Of a stretch of DNA of 64,000 nucleotides, positions 30,449 to 39,592 are shown piece by piece; the first letter of the stretch is position 1, and every line of letters begins with the position of its first letter. This stretch comes from Gemmatimonadales bacterium (GTDB taxonomy: Bacteria > Gemmatimonadota > Gemmatimonadetes > Gemmatimonadales > GWC2-71-9), in contig JBFJHJ010000010.1 in assembly GCA_041613315.1 (NCBI GenBank), positions 10,596 through 74,595 on the forward strand. The letters run 5' to 3'. A program made the translations under genes and the position numbers. The notes beneath the pieces were generated by a model. The model made no database searches. It was not told the origin of the DNA and was given only the letters and a program-made list of their open reading frames with translations.

Positions 30449-31835
30449 GGTTGGTCAGCATCTCGTCCACGGACGTGAACTTCACCCGCGGCCGCCCCTG
30501 CGGTTTGCCGCGGCCCACTTCGAGCGCGTCCAACCGGCGCCAGTCCCGGTAGGTGACCGGCCGTGGCTGGCGGGCTCGGATACACCGATCCGCCGCCTCC
30601 GGGTCCGGCTCGGCCGGCTCAGCCACTCGGCCCGCGGCGAGGTCCTCCAACATCGCCTCGACAGTCTCCGCGGCGTCGGCCTTGTTGGTCCCGATCACGC
30701 CGGTCGGGCCCCGCTTGATCCAACCAGCTACGTACACCCCGGGGACCGGCCCGCCGGCCGGGTCGACCACCCGCCCCCGCTCGTTCGGCACGACGCCCCA
30801 GCGCTCGTCGAACGGCAGCCCGGGGAGCGGCACGCCGTGGTAGCCCACCGAGCGGAACACCAGCTCGACCGGAAGCTCTTCCACCCGGTCGGTGGGACGC
30901 GAGCGCACGCGTCCCTGATCGTCGGCGTACAGCTCGTTCCGCACAATCCGCATGCCCACGACCTCACCGGCCTCGTTGCCCGACAACTCGATCGGCGAAA
31001 CGAGAAACCTGATGATGAGTCGCCGCGGCTTGCCACTGGGAACGCGCGTCGCGAACTCGCGCAGGATCTCCAGCTTCTTCCCGACGGTCCGGCTGTCCTG
31101 CCGCGCGAGCTCGGCTGCGCTGATCGGATCGAGCGCGACGTCCTCGGGCGGCACCCACACGTCCGCCCCGGGCATCTCACCCAGCTCCCGCGCCTCGGGG
31201 GTCGTGAACGCCGCCTGCCCGGGTCCGCGGCGGCCCAGCATGAGGATCTCCCGGATGCGGCTCTCCCGCAGGGCCGCCTCAGCCTCCGCGGTGATATCCG
31301 TCTTCGCCAGCTCGTCGGGGGTTCGACACAGGATACGCGCCACGTCCACCGCGACGTTGCCGACGCCCACGACCGCCACCCGCTCCACCGAGAGGTCGAA
31401 CCGGCAGGACTGGAAGGCCGGATGGCCGTTGTACCACGCGACGAACTCCGTCGCCGGGTGGCTCCGCGCGAGGTCCTCGCCGGGGATATTCAGGCGGCGA
31501 TCCGTCTGCGCGCCGGTGGAGAAGCAGACCTGATGGTAGTGCCGCCGCAGGTCGTCGAGCGTGAGATGCCGGCCGATCTCGACGTTGCCGTAGAACCGAA
31601 AGTGCGGGTGCGCCGCGGCCTTCTCGAACGTCCGCGTCACATTCTTGATCTTCTGGTGGTCGGGGGCGACGCCGAAGCGCACGAGTCCGAACGGCGTCGG
31701 GAGGGCCTCATACATGTCCACCCGCGCCGCGAGGTCGTCGCGCCCGAACAGATGCTCCGCCACGAAGAAGCCCGCGGGACCCGACCCCACGATGGCAACG
31801 CGGAGTGGCCGCCCGTCGGTGCCCAGTCCCGTCAT
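30435..31835 (-). CDS. Ferredoxin--NADP+ reductase, FprA/adrenodoxin reductase type
   Basis: IVGSGPAG, PFGLVRFGVAPDH, FVAWYNGHP, GVGNVAVDVAR, GWIKRGPTGVIGTN. Confidence 0.92.
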   Translation of the reverse strand: MTGLGTDGRPLRVAIVGSGPAGFFVAEHLFGRDDLAARVDMYEALPTPFGLVRFGVAPDHQKIKNVTRTFEKAAAHPHFRFYGNVEIGRHLTLDDLRRHYHQVCFSTGAQTDRRLNIPGEDLARSHPATEFVAWYNGHPAFQSCRFDLSVERVAVVGVGNVAVDVARILCRTPDELAKTDITAEAEAALRESRIREILMLGRRGPGQAAFTTPEARELGEMPGADVWVPPEDVALDPISAAELARQDSRTVGKKLEILREFATRVPSGKPRRLIIRFLVSPIELSGNEAGEVVGMRIVRNELYADDQGRVRSRPTDRVEELPVELVFRSVGYHGVPLPGLPFDERWGVVPNERGRVVDPAGGPVPGVYVAGWIKRGPTGVIGTNKADAAETVEAMLEDLAAGRVAEPAEPDPEAADRCIRARQPRPVTYRDWRRLDALEVGRGKPQGRPRVKFTSVDEMLTNLERA

Positions 31836-31984
31836 CGCACGATCCTCATCGCTCCATCCTCGCTTCGACCCCTCATGATAATGCCGACGGACAGATGGGG
31901 GGTACGGCGGTAAGTAAAAGGGGAGCACACTGATAGCCGCTCGCCCTACCGCCCTCCCCGCTCGCCCCCTAGCTTCACCCCACC

Positions 31985-32530
31985 GTGAGCATCTACACGC
32001 GGACCGGTGACGACGGTCGCACGTCACTCTTCGGCGGCGGGCGGGTGCCCAAAGACGACGCCCGCGTGGCGGCGTACGGCGACGTGGACGAATTGAATGC
32101 CGCCGTCGGCGCCGCCGCCGCGCTGGATCCCGTGGACTTCGAGCGGGAGCTGCTCGAAACGATCCAGCGGGACCTGTTCGCGATCGGCGGACGGCTCGCG
32201 AGCCCGAATCCCGCGAAGGTCGCAAAGGCGCTCGAGAAGGCGGCGATACCCGACACGCGGATCCGCGAGTTCGAAGCGGCGATCGACCGCGCCGACCGCG
32301 AGCTGACGCCGCTGACCGCGTTCGTCCTCCCGGGGGGTGCCCCTAAGGCCGCACGGCTCCACGTGGCGCGCACCGTCTGCCGACGGGCCGAGCGAAGCGT
32401 GGTGACCCTGATGCACCGCGACGTGGTGCCGGCGGAGATTCTCCGGTACTTGAATCGCCTGTCCGATGTGCTCTTCACCTTCGCCCGGCTCGCCAACCAC
32501 CGCGCCGGGCAACCCGACCAGACCTGGTGA
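31985..32530 (+). CDS. PduO-type ATP:cob(I)alamin adenosyltransferase
   Basis: IYTRTGDDGRT, YGDVDELNA, FVLPGG, ARTVCRRAER, YLNRLSD. Confidence 0.95.
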   Translation: MSIYTRTGDDGRTSLFGGGRVPKDDARVAAYGDVDELNAAVGAAAALDPVDFERELLETIQRDLFAIGGRLASPNPAKVAKALEKAAIPDTRIREFEAAIDRADRELTPLTAFVLPGGAPKAARLHVARTVCRRAERSVVTLMHRDVVPAEILRYLNRLSDVLFTFARLANHRAGQPDQTW

Positions 32531-32531
32531 T

Positions 32532-33449
32532 ATGCCGACGTACCGTTTCTACCAACTGGACGTCTTCACCGACACCCCGCTCACGGGCAACCCGCTCGCG
32601 GTCTTCCCCGACGCGACCGACCTGCGCGACGCGCAGATGCAGGCCCTGGCTCGGGAGATGAACCTCTCGGAGACCACGTATGTCCTCCCATCCACCCGCG
32701 CGACCCACCGGGTGCGGTTCTTCACGCCCACGGCGGAGATTCCGCTCGCCGGGCATCCGACGATCGGCACCTGGTGGCTGCTCGCCGCGCTGGGACGGCT
32801 CAAGCTCCCCGCGTCGGGCATCCACCGCGTTACGCAGGAGACGGGAGCCGGCGTCCTCCCCGTGGACGTGCACATCGAGGGCGGGCAGCCGCGCCGGGTG
32901 ATCATGGTTCAGGCGCAACCGGAATTCGGCGCCAACCTCGAGGATCCCACGCGCCTCGCGCGAGCCCTGGGCGGCGACGGGGATCTTTTCCCAAAGCACC
33001 CGGCGCCGCAGGTCGTCTCCACCGGGATTCCGCAAGCGATGATCCCGATTCGATCACTCGCCGCCCTCAAGGCCCTCCCGTCCGGCGGCGCCGGCGCGGA
33101 ACTCGCCCGCGTCCTCCGGGACGTCGGATCGGACTGCGCGATGTGTTACACGTTGGAGACCGAGGCCCCCGACGCCACCGTTCACTGCCGGATGTTCGCG
33201 CCCGGCCTCGGGGTGCCCGAGGACCCCGCCACCGGGAGCGCGTCGGGCGCGCTCGCGGCGTACCTCGTGTGGCACGGGATCGTGCGGCCGCACGACGGCG
33301 TCGCCACGCTCGTGGTGGAACAGGGTATCGAGATCGGCCGCCCCAGCCGCATTCACGCCGAAGTGGCCGTCGGCAACGGGGGCGAAATCACCGAGGTCCG
33401 CGTGGGCGGTCAGGCCGTCACGATCATCGAGGGCGAGGTGCGCCTATAG
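32532..33449 (+). CDS. PhzF-family isomerase
   Basis: DVFT...GNPLAV, EMNLSET, EIPLAGHPT, EDPATGSA, EQGIEIGRPS. Confidence 0.93.
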   Translation: MPTYRFYQLDVFTDTPLTGNPLAVFPDATDLRDAQMQALAREMNLSETTYVLPSTRATHRVRFFTPTAEIPLAGHPTIGTWWLLAALGRLKLPASGIHRVTQETGAGVLPVDVHIEGGQPRRVIMVQAQPEFGANLEDPTRLARALGGDGDLFPKHPAPQVVSTGIPQAMIPIRSLAALKALPSGGAGAELARVLRDVGSDCAMCYTLETEAPDATVHCRMFAPGLGVPEDPATGSASGALAAYLVWHGIVRPHDGVATLVVEQGIEIGRPSRIHAEVAVGNGGEITEVRVGGQAVTIIEGEVRL

Positions 33450-34549
33450 CCCGCGCGGTCACGACCATCCCCCTCGGCGCAGCCTCCTACGACATCGTCG
33501 TGGGCGACGGGGTCCTGGACGAGCTCGCCGACGTGTTGGGCCGCGCGTGCCCCGCGGCACGCTATGCCGTGATCACCGACTCCACCGTGGCCCTGCTGTA
33601 CGCGGAGCGGGTGGCGGCCGCCGCGGGGGGGCTCGCCCCGACGACCGTCTTCCCCTTCCCGGCCGGCGAGTGGAACAAGACTCGCGAGACCTGGGCGGAG
33701 GTCACGGACCGGCTCCTCACCGCGGAACTGGGGCGCGACGGCGCGATTCTCGCCTTGGGGGGCGGGGTGGTGGGGGATCTCGCCGGCTTCATCGCCGCGA
33801 CCTATCTGCGCGGTCTCCCCTACGTCCAGATCCCCACGACCCTCCTCGCGATGGTGGACAGCTCCATCGGCGGGAAGACCGGCGTGGACACGGCGCAGGG
33901 CAAGAACCTCGTGGGCGCGTTCTATCAGCCCCGGGCCGTCGTGGCCGATGTCGAGACGCTGACGACGCTCCCGCCCGGACAGCTGGCCGCGGGTATGGCG
34001 GAGGCCCTCAAACACGGGGTCGTCGCCGACGCCGGTCACGTGACCCGTCTCCTCGAGGCGCGCGACGCCATCGTGGCCCGCAACCGGGACGCACTCAACG
34101 CCATGGTGCGAGACAGCATCGCTCTCAAAGCCGGGGTCGTGGCGGCGGACGAGCGCGAGCGGGGGCGGCGGGCGATTCTCAACTTCGGCCACACCGTCGG
34201 CCACGCGCTGGAGGCGACGTTCGGCTATCAGCTGCTGCACGGCGAGGCCGTCGCCATCGGCATGCTCGCCGAAGCCGCCCTGGGCGGGGCCATGGGAATC
34301 ACGGATTCCGAGGTGGGTGAGACGCTGCGAACCGCGCTCGAAGCATTCGCGCTCCCGCTCGAGCCACCGGCCCCGATCGACGTGGGGCGGGCCCTCGACG
34401 TCATGCGGAAGGACAAGAAGGTGCGCGGTGGGACTGTCAGATTTGCACTCCCCACGCGGCTCGGGGAGATGGCCGGAAGCGACGCCAGCGGCTGGACCGT
34501 CGAGGTGCCGGAATCCGAGATTCATGCCGTGCTCCGGCGGTTTGGGTGA
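33446..34549 (+). CDS. aroB: 3-dehydroquinate synthase
   Basis: GGGVVGDLAGF, PTTLLAMVDSSIGGKTG, KNLVGAF, LNFGHTVGHALE, HGEAVAIGM, DKK. Start inferred at ATA33446, overlapping the upstream TAG. Confidence 0.95.
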   Translation: MARAVTTIPLGAASYDIVVGDGVLDELADVLGRACPAARYAVITDSTVALLYAERVAAAAGGLAPTTVFPFPAGEWNKTRETWAEVTDRLLTAELGRDGAILALGGGVVGDLAGFIAATYLRGLPYVQIPTTLLAMVDSSIGGKTGVDTAQGKNLVGAFYQPRAVVADVETLTTLPPGQLAAGMAEALKHGVVADAGHVTRLLEARDAIVARNRDALNAMVRDSIALKAGVVAADERERGRRAILNFGHTVGHALEATFGYQLLHGEAVAIGMLAEAALGGAMGITDSEVGETLRTALEAFALPLEPPAPIDVGRALDVMRKDKKVRGGTVRFALPTRLGEMAGSDASGWTVEVPESEIHAVLRRFG

Positions 34550-34722
34550 CCACAATCCCATCAACAGCCTTTCAACAGGCGTACCACATTTCCAGAGCGC
34601 AGAGTCCGTTGCTCCACAACCACTTACGGATCACGGGCCGCAGGGTGCGAGCGGCGTGGCGCCGCCAGGGCGTGGATAAAATCCCGAATGAATTGCGCGG
34701 GAAGAGTTTGTGATGTGGATAA
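34546..34722. promoter_or_regulatory. DnaA-box cluster
   Basis: Perfect TGTGGATAA at 34714-34722 and 1-mismatch CGTGGATAA at 34671-34679. Oppositely oriented degenerate boxes at 34546, 34558, 34569 and 34580 (11-12 bp period). Confidence 0.65.
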
Positions 34723-34744
34723 TTGAGCGCCGGGAAAATCTCGC

Positions 34745-34773
34745 TTGACGCTCTCCGAGGCCGTTTTTATATT
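34745..34773 (+). promoter_or_regulatory. Sigma70-type promoter of the sigma factor gene
   Basis: TTGACG(34745-34750)-17 bp-TATATT(34768-34773). Confidence 0.75.
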
Positions 34774-34862
34774 CGGCGCGCCGGAGTCGGTCACTTTGGC
34801 GGGGGGTTCTCAACCCCCGTCCCTCCCAGCAGTGGCCCGAATCAACAGCCTGAGGCGTGTGT

Positions 34863-35756
34863 ATGCCGCAGTCCCGCAAGAGTAAAGCGAAGGGGTTCTT
34901 TCGCTCTCCGGCATCCGGTGCATTCGATCAGTATCTGCAGGATATCCAGAAGCTCCCCCTCATCAAGGATCCGCTCGAGGAGCGCCGCCTCGCCCGCCGG
35001 GCCCGCAAGGGTGATCAGAACGCCGCCGAGCGGCTCGTGACGTCGAACCTGCGCTTCGTCATCTCCTACGTGAAGAAGTACCAGGGCCATGGGCTCGACC
35101 TCGCGGAACTCGTCGCGATCGGCAACGAGGGTCTCCTGAAGGCGGTCAAGAAGTTCGATCCCGAGCAGGGCGTGAAGTTCATCTCGTATGCGGTGTGGTG
35201 GGTGCGCCAGGCTGTGCTGAAGGCCCTCGCGGAGCAGACCCGGAGCGTGCGGATCCCGCTCAACCAGAACAGCCATCTGATCCGTATGGCCCGGACGGAG
35301 ACGTACCTCGCCCAGGAGCTGGGCCGGGAGCCCACCGACGTCGAGATCGCCAAAGCGCTGAGCGACAGCGTGGAAAACGTCCGAAGCGCGCGCCGGATGA
35401 CCGCGGCGGAGATGTCGCTCGACGCCCCGATCGACCGGACCGACAAGGACGCGGCGACCCTCGGGGAGCGCTTTGCCGGCCAAGAGGGTGGCGAGATCGA
35501 GGAAACCACGGACGGGAAGCTCCAGCGGGAGTTCATCGACAGCATCTTTCGCAAGTATCTGACGCCGCGCGAGCGCAAGATCCTCTACCTCTATTACGGC
35601 CTGGAGGAAGGGTCCGAGGGCATGACCCTGGAGAAGATCGGCGAACTGATGGGCGTCACTCGCGAGCGGATCCGGCAGATCCGCGAGCGCGCGTTCGAGA
35701 AGCTCCGGGAGAGTCCGGATGGCAAGGCGCTGATGGGATTCTGGCAAGCGGCATAA
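34863..35756 (+). CDS. RNA polymerase sigma70 factor, short RpoD/SigA type without region 1.1
   Basis: YLQDI, NLRFVIS, GNEGLLKAV.KFDP, KFISYAVWWVRQ, TLEKIG...GVTRERIRQI. 297 aa. Confidence 0.93.
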   Translation: MPQSRKSKAKGFFRSPASGAFDQYLQDIQKLPLIKDPLEERRLARRARKGDQNAAERLVTSNLRFVISYVKKYQGHGLDLAELVAIGNEGLLKAVKKFDPEQGVKFISYAVWWVRQAVLKALAEQTRSVRIPLNQNSHLIRMARTETYLAQELGREPTDVEIAKALSDSVENVRSARRMTAAEMSLDAPIDRTDKDAATLGERFAGQEGGEIEETTDGKLQREFIDSIFRKYLTPRERKILYLYYGLEEGSEGMTLEKIGELMGVTRERIRQIRERAFEKLRESPDGKALMGFWQAA

Positions 35757-35782
35757 CACCACCCTCGCGCGTGACGCTCGAC

Positions 35783-35812
35783 GCGGGCCCGGGACGGACG
35801 TTCCGGGCCCGC
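35783..35812 (+). terminator. GC-rich hairpin after the sigma gene (no U-tract)
   Basis: GCGGGCCCGGGAC-GGA/C-GTTCCGGGCCCGC inverted repeat 27 nt after the stop. Confidence 0.45.
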
Positions 35813-35869
35813 TCGCCGTCTGGGGGGCGCGGCTTACCGCTCTCCCCCGTCCCATCGTACTATTCACGT

Positions 35870-36550
35870 ATGCTGACCCGCCGGCTCCCGATCTTTCCGT
35901 TGCCGCTGGTGCTGTTCCCCGGGGCGCCGCAACTCCTGCACATCTTCGAGCCGCGTTACCGTCAGATGCTGGCGGACTGCCGTGACGCCGACGGGCGGTT
36001 CGGCGTCGCGTTCGTGGCGCCTGAAGCGGCGGGGGACGCTGCGCCGGGCGCGGTGGGGTGTGTGGCCGCCATTCGCGCAATTCGCCCGCTGCCCGACGGG
36101 CGCGCCAACATCCTGACGGTGGGGGAGGACCGCTACGTGCTCCGCGAGTACGTGGCGTGCGACCGGTTGTACCGTGTGGCGGTGGTGGAGACCTTGACCG
36201 ACGAGCCGTGGACCGATGCCGAGGTTCGTGAGCCGGCGGCGGCGGTGACCGATGGATTTCGCCGGTTTACCGCGGCCCTCAACGCGCTGAGCGGTCTCCC
36301 GGTCGGGCCGGCGGAGGTTCCGGACTCGCCGGATGCGCTCTCGTTCCACGTCGCCGCGGCGCTCGAGATCGATCCGCGTCTGAAACAGGAACTGCTGGCG
36401 GTCCGCTCGGTGCCGGAGCGCCTCCGGCGGCTGGACGGCATGCTCCAGCGACTCATCGACGAGGCGGAGCGGCGCGTCGCGGTGCAGATCCATGCGCAGC
36501 GCAATGGGCGGCGCGGGCCCGCGCCGCCGGCGACCGTGGAGGGCGGATGA
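35870..36550 (+). CDS. LON peptidase substrate-binding (N-terminal) domain protein
   Basis: LPIFPLPLVLFPG...LHIFEPRYRQML, VGC.A.I, LPDGR.NI. No AAA or protease domain. Confidence 0.92.
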   Translation: MLTRRLPIFPLPLVLFPGAPQLLHIFEPRYRQMLADCRDADGRFGVAFVAPEAAGDAAPGAVGCVAAIRAIRPLPDGRANILTVGEDRYVLREYVACDRLYRVAVVETLTDEPWTDAEVREPAAAVTDGFRRFTAALNALSGLPVGPAEVPDSPDALSFHVAAALEIDPRLKQELLAVRSVPERLRRLDGMLQRLIDEAERRVAVQIHAQRNGRRGPAPPATVEGG

Positions 36551-38010
36551 CCCTCTCTGCCGCCGTCCTGGATGCCATCACCGCCGTGGTGGGCCGCCGC
36601 TGGGTCCGCCGGGCGCCGGCCGAGTTGGAGACCTACGCGACCGACGGGCTGCCGACGAAGCATTCGCGTCCTGGGGTCGCGGTCCTACCCGGTTCCCGGG
36701 ACGAAGTCGTGCAGGTGGTCCGCATCCTCGCGGATCACCGGGTTCCATTCGTCGCGCGCGGCGCCGGCACGGGTCTCTCCGGCGGCGCCCTGGCGGCGGA
36801 CGATGCCGCCCTGATCGTGCTCACGCGGCTCAACCGCATTCTCCAGATCGACCCGGCCAACCGCCGCGCCGTCGTCGAGCCCGGCGTCGTCAACGCACGG
36901 CTGTCGGCGGCATCTGCCCCGTACGGCTTGTACTACGCGCCGGATCCGTCCAGCCAGACGGCGTGCACGATTGGTGGGAACGTCGCTGAGAACGCGGGGG
37001 GGCCGCACTGCCTCAAGTACGGCGTGACCTCGAACCACATCCTCGCGCTGGAGGTGATCCTCCCCGACGGCACGCTCGTCACCATGGGCTCGCCGGGCGG
37101 CGAGCCGTGGGGTCCGGACCTGGTGGGGCTGTTCGTGGGCAGCGAGGGCATGTTCGGCATCGCGACCCGGATCACCGTCCGGCTCACCCCGGTGCCGGCG
37201 GCGGTGCGCACGCTCCTCGCCGACTTTGATGCGCTGCGGGCCGCCGGGGCTGCGGTCTCCGCGCTCATCGCCGACGGGATCCTCCCGGCGGCGCTCGAAA
37301 TGATGGATCGCAACTGCGTCGCCGTCGTGGAGGCGTCCCCGTACGCGGCGGGGTATCCGACCGATGCGGCGGCGGTGTTGCTGGTCGAGCTCGACGGCCC
37401 GTCTGCGGAGGCGGTCGACGCGGAAGGGGAGCTCGTCGCTCGCGTGCTTGCAGCACATGGCGCCAGGCAGGTCCGGGTCGCGTCTGACCCGCGCGAGCGT
37501 GCCCGGCTCTGGCAGGGGCGAAAGAAGGCGTTCGGTGCACTGGGACGGATCAGTCCGAACCTCGTTGTGCAAGATGCCGTCGTCCCGCGTTCGGCGCTGC
37601 CCGACGTGCTGGAGCGCATCGCCGCCATCTCCGACGCCGTTGGCGTCCCGGTGAGCAACGTCTTCCACGCCGGAGACGGCAACCTCCACCCCAACATCAA
37701 CTACGACGGATCCATCCCCGGCGAGCTGGCGCGGGTCGAGCGGGCGTGTGCGGCGATCATGGAGACGTGCATCGATGCCGGCGGCACGATCACCGGGGAG
37801 CACGGGGTCGGCGCCGACAAGATCCGGTACATGCCGCTCATCTTCGACGGCGACACGCTCGCCGCGATGCGGGCGGTGCGACGCGCGTTTGACGCCAATG
37901 AGCTCGCCAACCCCGGCAAGGTCGTGCCGGTTCACGCCTGCCGCGAATGGCGGATGGGCCCCGCCGGTCGGCGCGGAATGGGCGGGGCGGCGGTGGAGGC
38001 GGCGTCATGA
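36547..38010 (+). CDS. glcD: Glycolate oxidase FAD subunit GlcD
   Basis: RGAGTGLSGGA, YAPDPSSQ, GGNVAENAGGPHCLKYG, GSEG, FHAGDGNLHP, GEHGVG, NPGK. Confidence 0.9.
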   Translation: MTLSAAVLDAITAVVGRRWVRRAPAELETYATDGLPTKHSRPGVAVLPGSRDEVVQVVRILADHRVPFVARGAGTGLSGGALAADDAALIVLTRLNRILQIDPANRRAVVEPGVVNARLSAASAPYGLYYAPDPSSQTACTIGGNVAENAGGPHCLKYGVTSNHILALEVILPDGTLVTMGSPGGEPWGPDLVGLFVGSEGMFGIATRITVRLTPVPAAVRTLLADFDALRAAGAAVSALIADGILPAALEMMDRNCVAVVEASPYAAGYPTDAAAVLLVELDGPSAEAVDAEGELVARVLAAHGARQVRVASDPRERARLWQGRKKAFGALGRISPNLVVQDAVVPRSALPDVLERIAAISDAVGVPVSNVFHAGDGNLHPNINYDGSIPGELARVERACAAIMETCIDAGGTITGEHGVGADKIRYMPLIFDGDTLAAMRAVRRAFDANELANPGKVVPVHACREWRMGPAGRRGMGGAAVEAAS

Positions 38011-38390
38011 TCGTGCCGACGCGCTGGCGCACGACCTTCGAGGATCAGCTCGTGAACGCCGAGCAACGGATCGAACGGGCCGAGCGCTACCTGAGGGAAG
38101 GCGACGGCAGTCGGGCCCTCCAGGAGGCGTACCCGGCCGTGGTCGGCGCGGCGAGCCTCCGCGTCTGGACCGACGCGCCGCCCTGGCGGCAGATGCTTGG
38201 TGCGGACGAGATGCAGCGGCGGGTGCGAGCACGGTTTCCGAGTCTCTTCGCCGCGATGGCGGAGATGAAAGTGCAGGAGGCGTTGACGAGCCCGTGGCGT
38301 CCCGAGGACGCCGCTCCCTACGTCCATGAGGCCCGCGGGTACGTGGATGAGACCCGACGGCAGATCGAGACATGGCTGACACCGGGCTGA
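38007..38390 (+). CDS. Hypothetical 127-aa helical protein, possibly HEPN-like
   Basis: ATGA overlap with the glcD stop and overlap with the glcE start. Pattern AERYLREGD..RA...AY.AV...PEDA..YV.EA..YV resembles HEPN helices. Confidence 0.7.
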   Translation: MIVPTRWRTTFEDQLVNAEQRIERAERYLREGDGSRALQEAYPAVVGAASLRVWTDAPPWRQMLGADEMQRRVRARFPSLFAAMAEMKVQEALTSPWRPEDAAPYVHEARGYVDETRRQIETWLTPG

Positions 38391-39592
38391 CCATCGTCCG
38401 TAGGCTGCGCTCCATGTTGGGGGCCGCCGCCGACGTCGAGGTGAGCGAGGGCGGCGTGCCCCGCGTTGCGCCGACGACGACTGAAGGGGTGGCCGTCGTG
38501 CTGCGTGCGGCGTCGGAGGAGGGCTGGCGCGTACGGGTCGAGGGCGCCGCCGGCTGGTCCCCGACCGACGCCCCCGCGCACCTGGCGCTCTCCACGCGCC
38601 AGCTGCGCCGGGTCACCTACTTGAACGGCGCGGACCTCGTCACCACCGTGGAGGCCGGCCTCACATGGAGCGACCTGCGGGCGCACCTCGCGGAACACGG
38701 CACCTGGATCGCCGCCGACCCGCCGGGCGCCGACCGCACCGTGGGGTCGGTGCTCGCCACCGGCACCGTCGGACCGCTCCGCTCCGGCTACGGGAACATC
38801 CGCGACCACGTCGTCGGCCTGACCCTGGTGACCGGAGAGGGGCGCGTCGTGCGCGCGGGGGGTCGCGTCGTCAAGAATGTGGCAGGGTTTGACCTCACGA
38901 AGCTCGCCGTGGGAAGCTTCGGGGCCTTCGGCGTGGTCGCCGGCGCGAGCTTGCGGCTGCGCGCGGTGCCCCGGGCGGATCTCACACTCACCACGTCCGG
39001 GGTGCGCGACGCGCTACTGACCACGGCGCGGGCGGTCATGGACGCCGGTCTCACGCCCGCCGCATTGGAGCTCCTCTCCCCGCTCGTGGCAGGAGGCGAG
39101 GACTGGGTGTTGGCTATCCGATTCCTGGGGCCGGACGCCCAGGTGGCGGCGGAGCGCGACGCCGTCACGCGCGTGGGCGGCGTCCGCTTCGAGGAGATCC
39201 CGGCGGCGGCGGCCGCAGCGTTGTGGCGGGAGCCGCTCACCGCCGCCGCCGCAGGCGCCACGACGGTTCGCCTGGGGACGCTGCCCACCGCCCTCGACGA
39301 CGCGCTGGATCTCATCGCTCACCACCTCGTCGCAGGCTGGCTCACGGCCTCGGTACCGGCCGGCGTGATCCGGTGGAGCGGCAGCGCCGCACCCCACGAA
39401 CTGCGCCTCCTGCGGCACGCCGCCGCGCAGCAGGAGATGCCGCTCACCATCGAACGGGCGCCGTGGCCGGTGCGCGAGCAGCTCGGCCATTTCGGGGCAT
39501 ATCGGGAAGGCGTCGCTCGGCTCATCTCGTCGCTCCGCCGGACGTTCGACCCGGCGGGCGTGCTCGTGACGGCCGTCGGAGCCGACGCGTGA
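38372..39592 (+). CDS. glcE: Glycolate oxidase subunit GlcE-like FAD-binding protein
   Basis: DL..TVEAG, DPPG..RTVG, GGRVVKNVAGFDL.KL.VGSFG, FDPAGV. Confidence 0.88.
   Translation: MADTGLTIVRRLRSMLGAAADVEVSEGGVPRVAPTTTEGVAVVLRAASEEGWRVRVEGAAGWSPTDAPAHLALSTRQLRRVTYLNGADLVTTVEAGLTWSDLRAHLAEHGTWIAADPPGADRTVGSVLATGTVGPLRSGYGNIRDHVVGLTLVTGEGRVVRAGGRVVKNVAGFDLTKLAVGSFGAFGVVAGASLRLRAVPRADLTLTTSGVRDALLTTARAVMDAGLTPAALELLSPLVAGGEDWVLAIRFLGPDAQVAAERDAVTRVGGVRFEEIPAAAAAALWREPLTAAAAGATTVRLGTLPTALDDALDLIAHHLVAGWLTASVPAGVIRWSGSAAPHELRLLRHAAAQQEMPLTIERAPWPVREQLGHFGAYREGVARLISSLRRTFDPAGVLVTAVGADA

Noticed and set aside
32532..34549. Phenazine biosynthesis cluster (phzF-like next to aroB)
   Set aside because: No phzA/B, D, E or G genes, and PhzF-family proteins are widespread as stand-alone isomerases.
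38007..38390. HEPN-MNT toxin-antitoxin or defence system
   Set aside because: No nucleotidyltransferase partner and no Rx4-6H catalytic motif.
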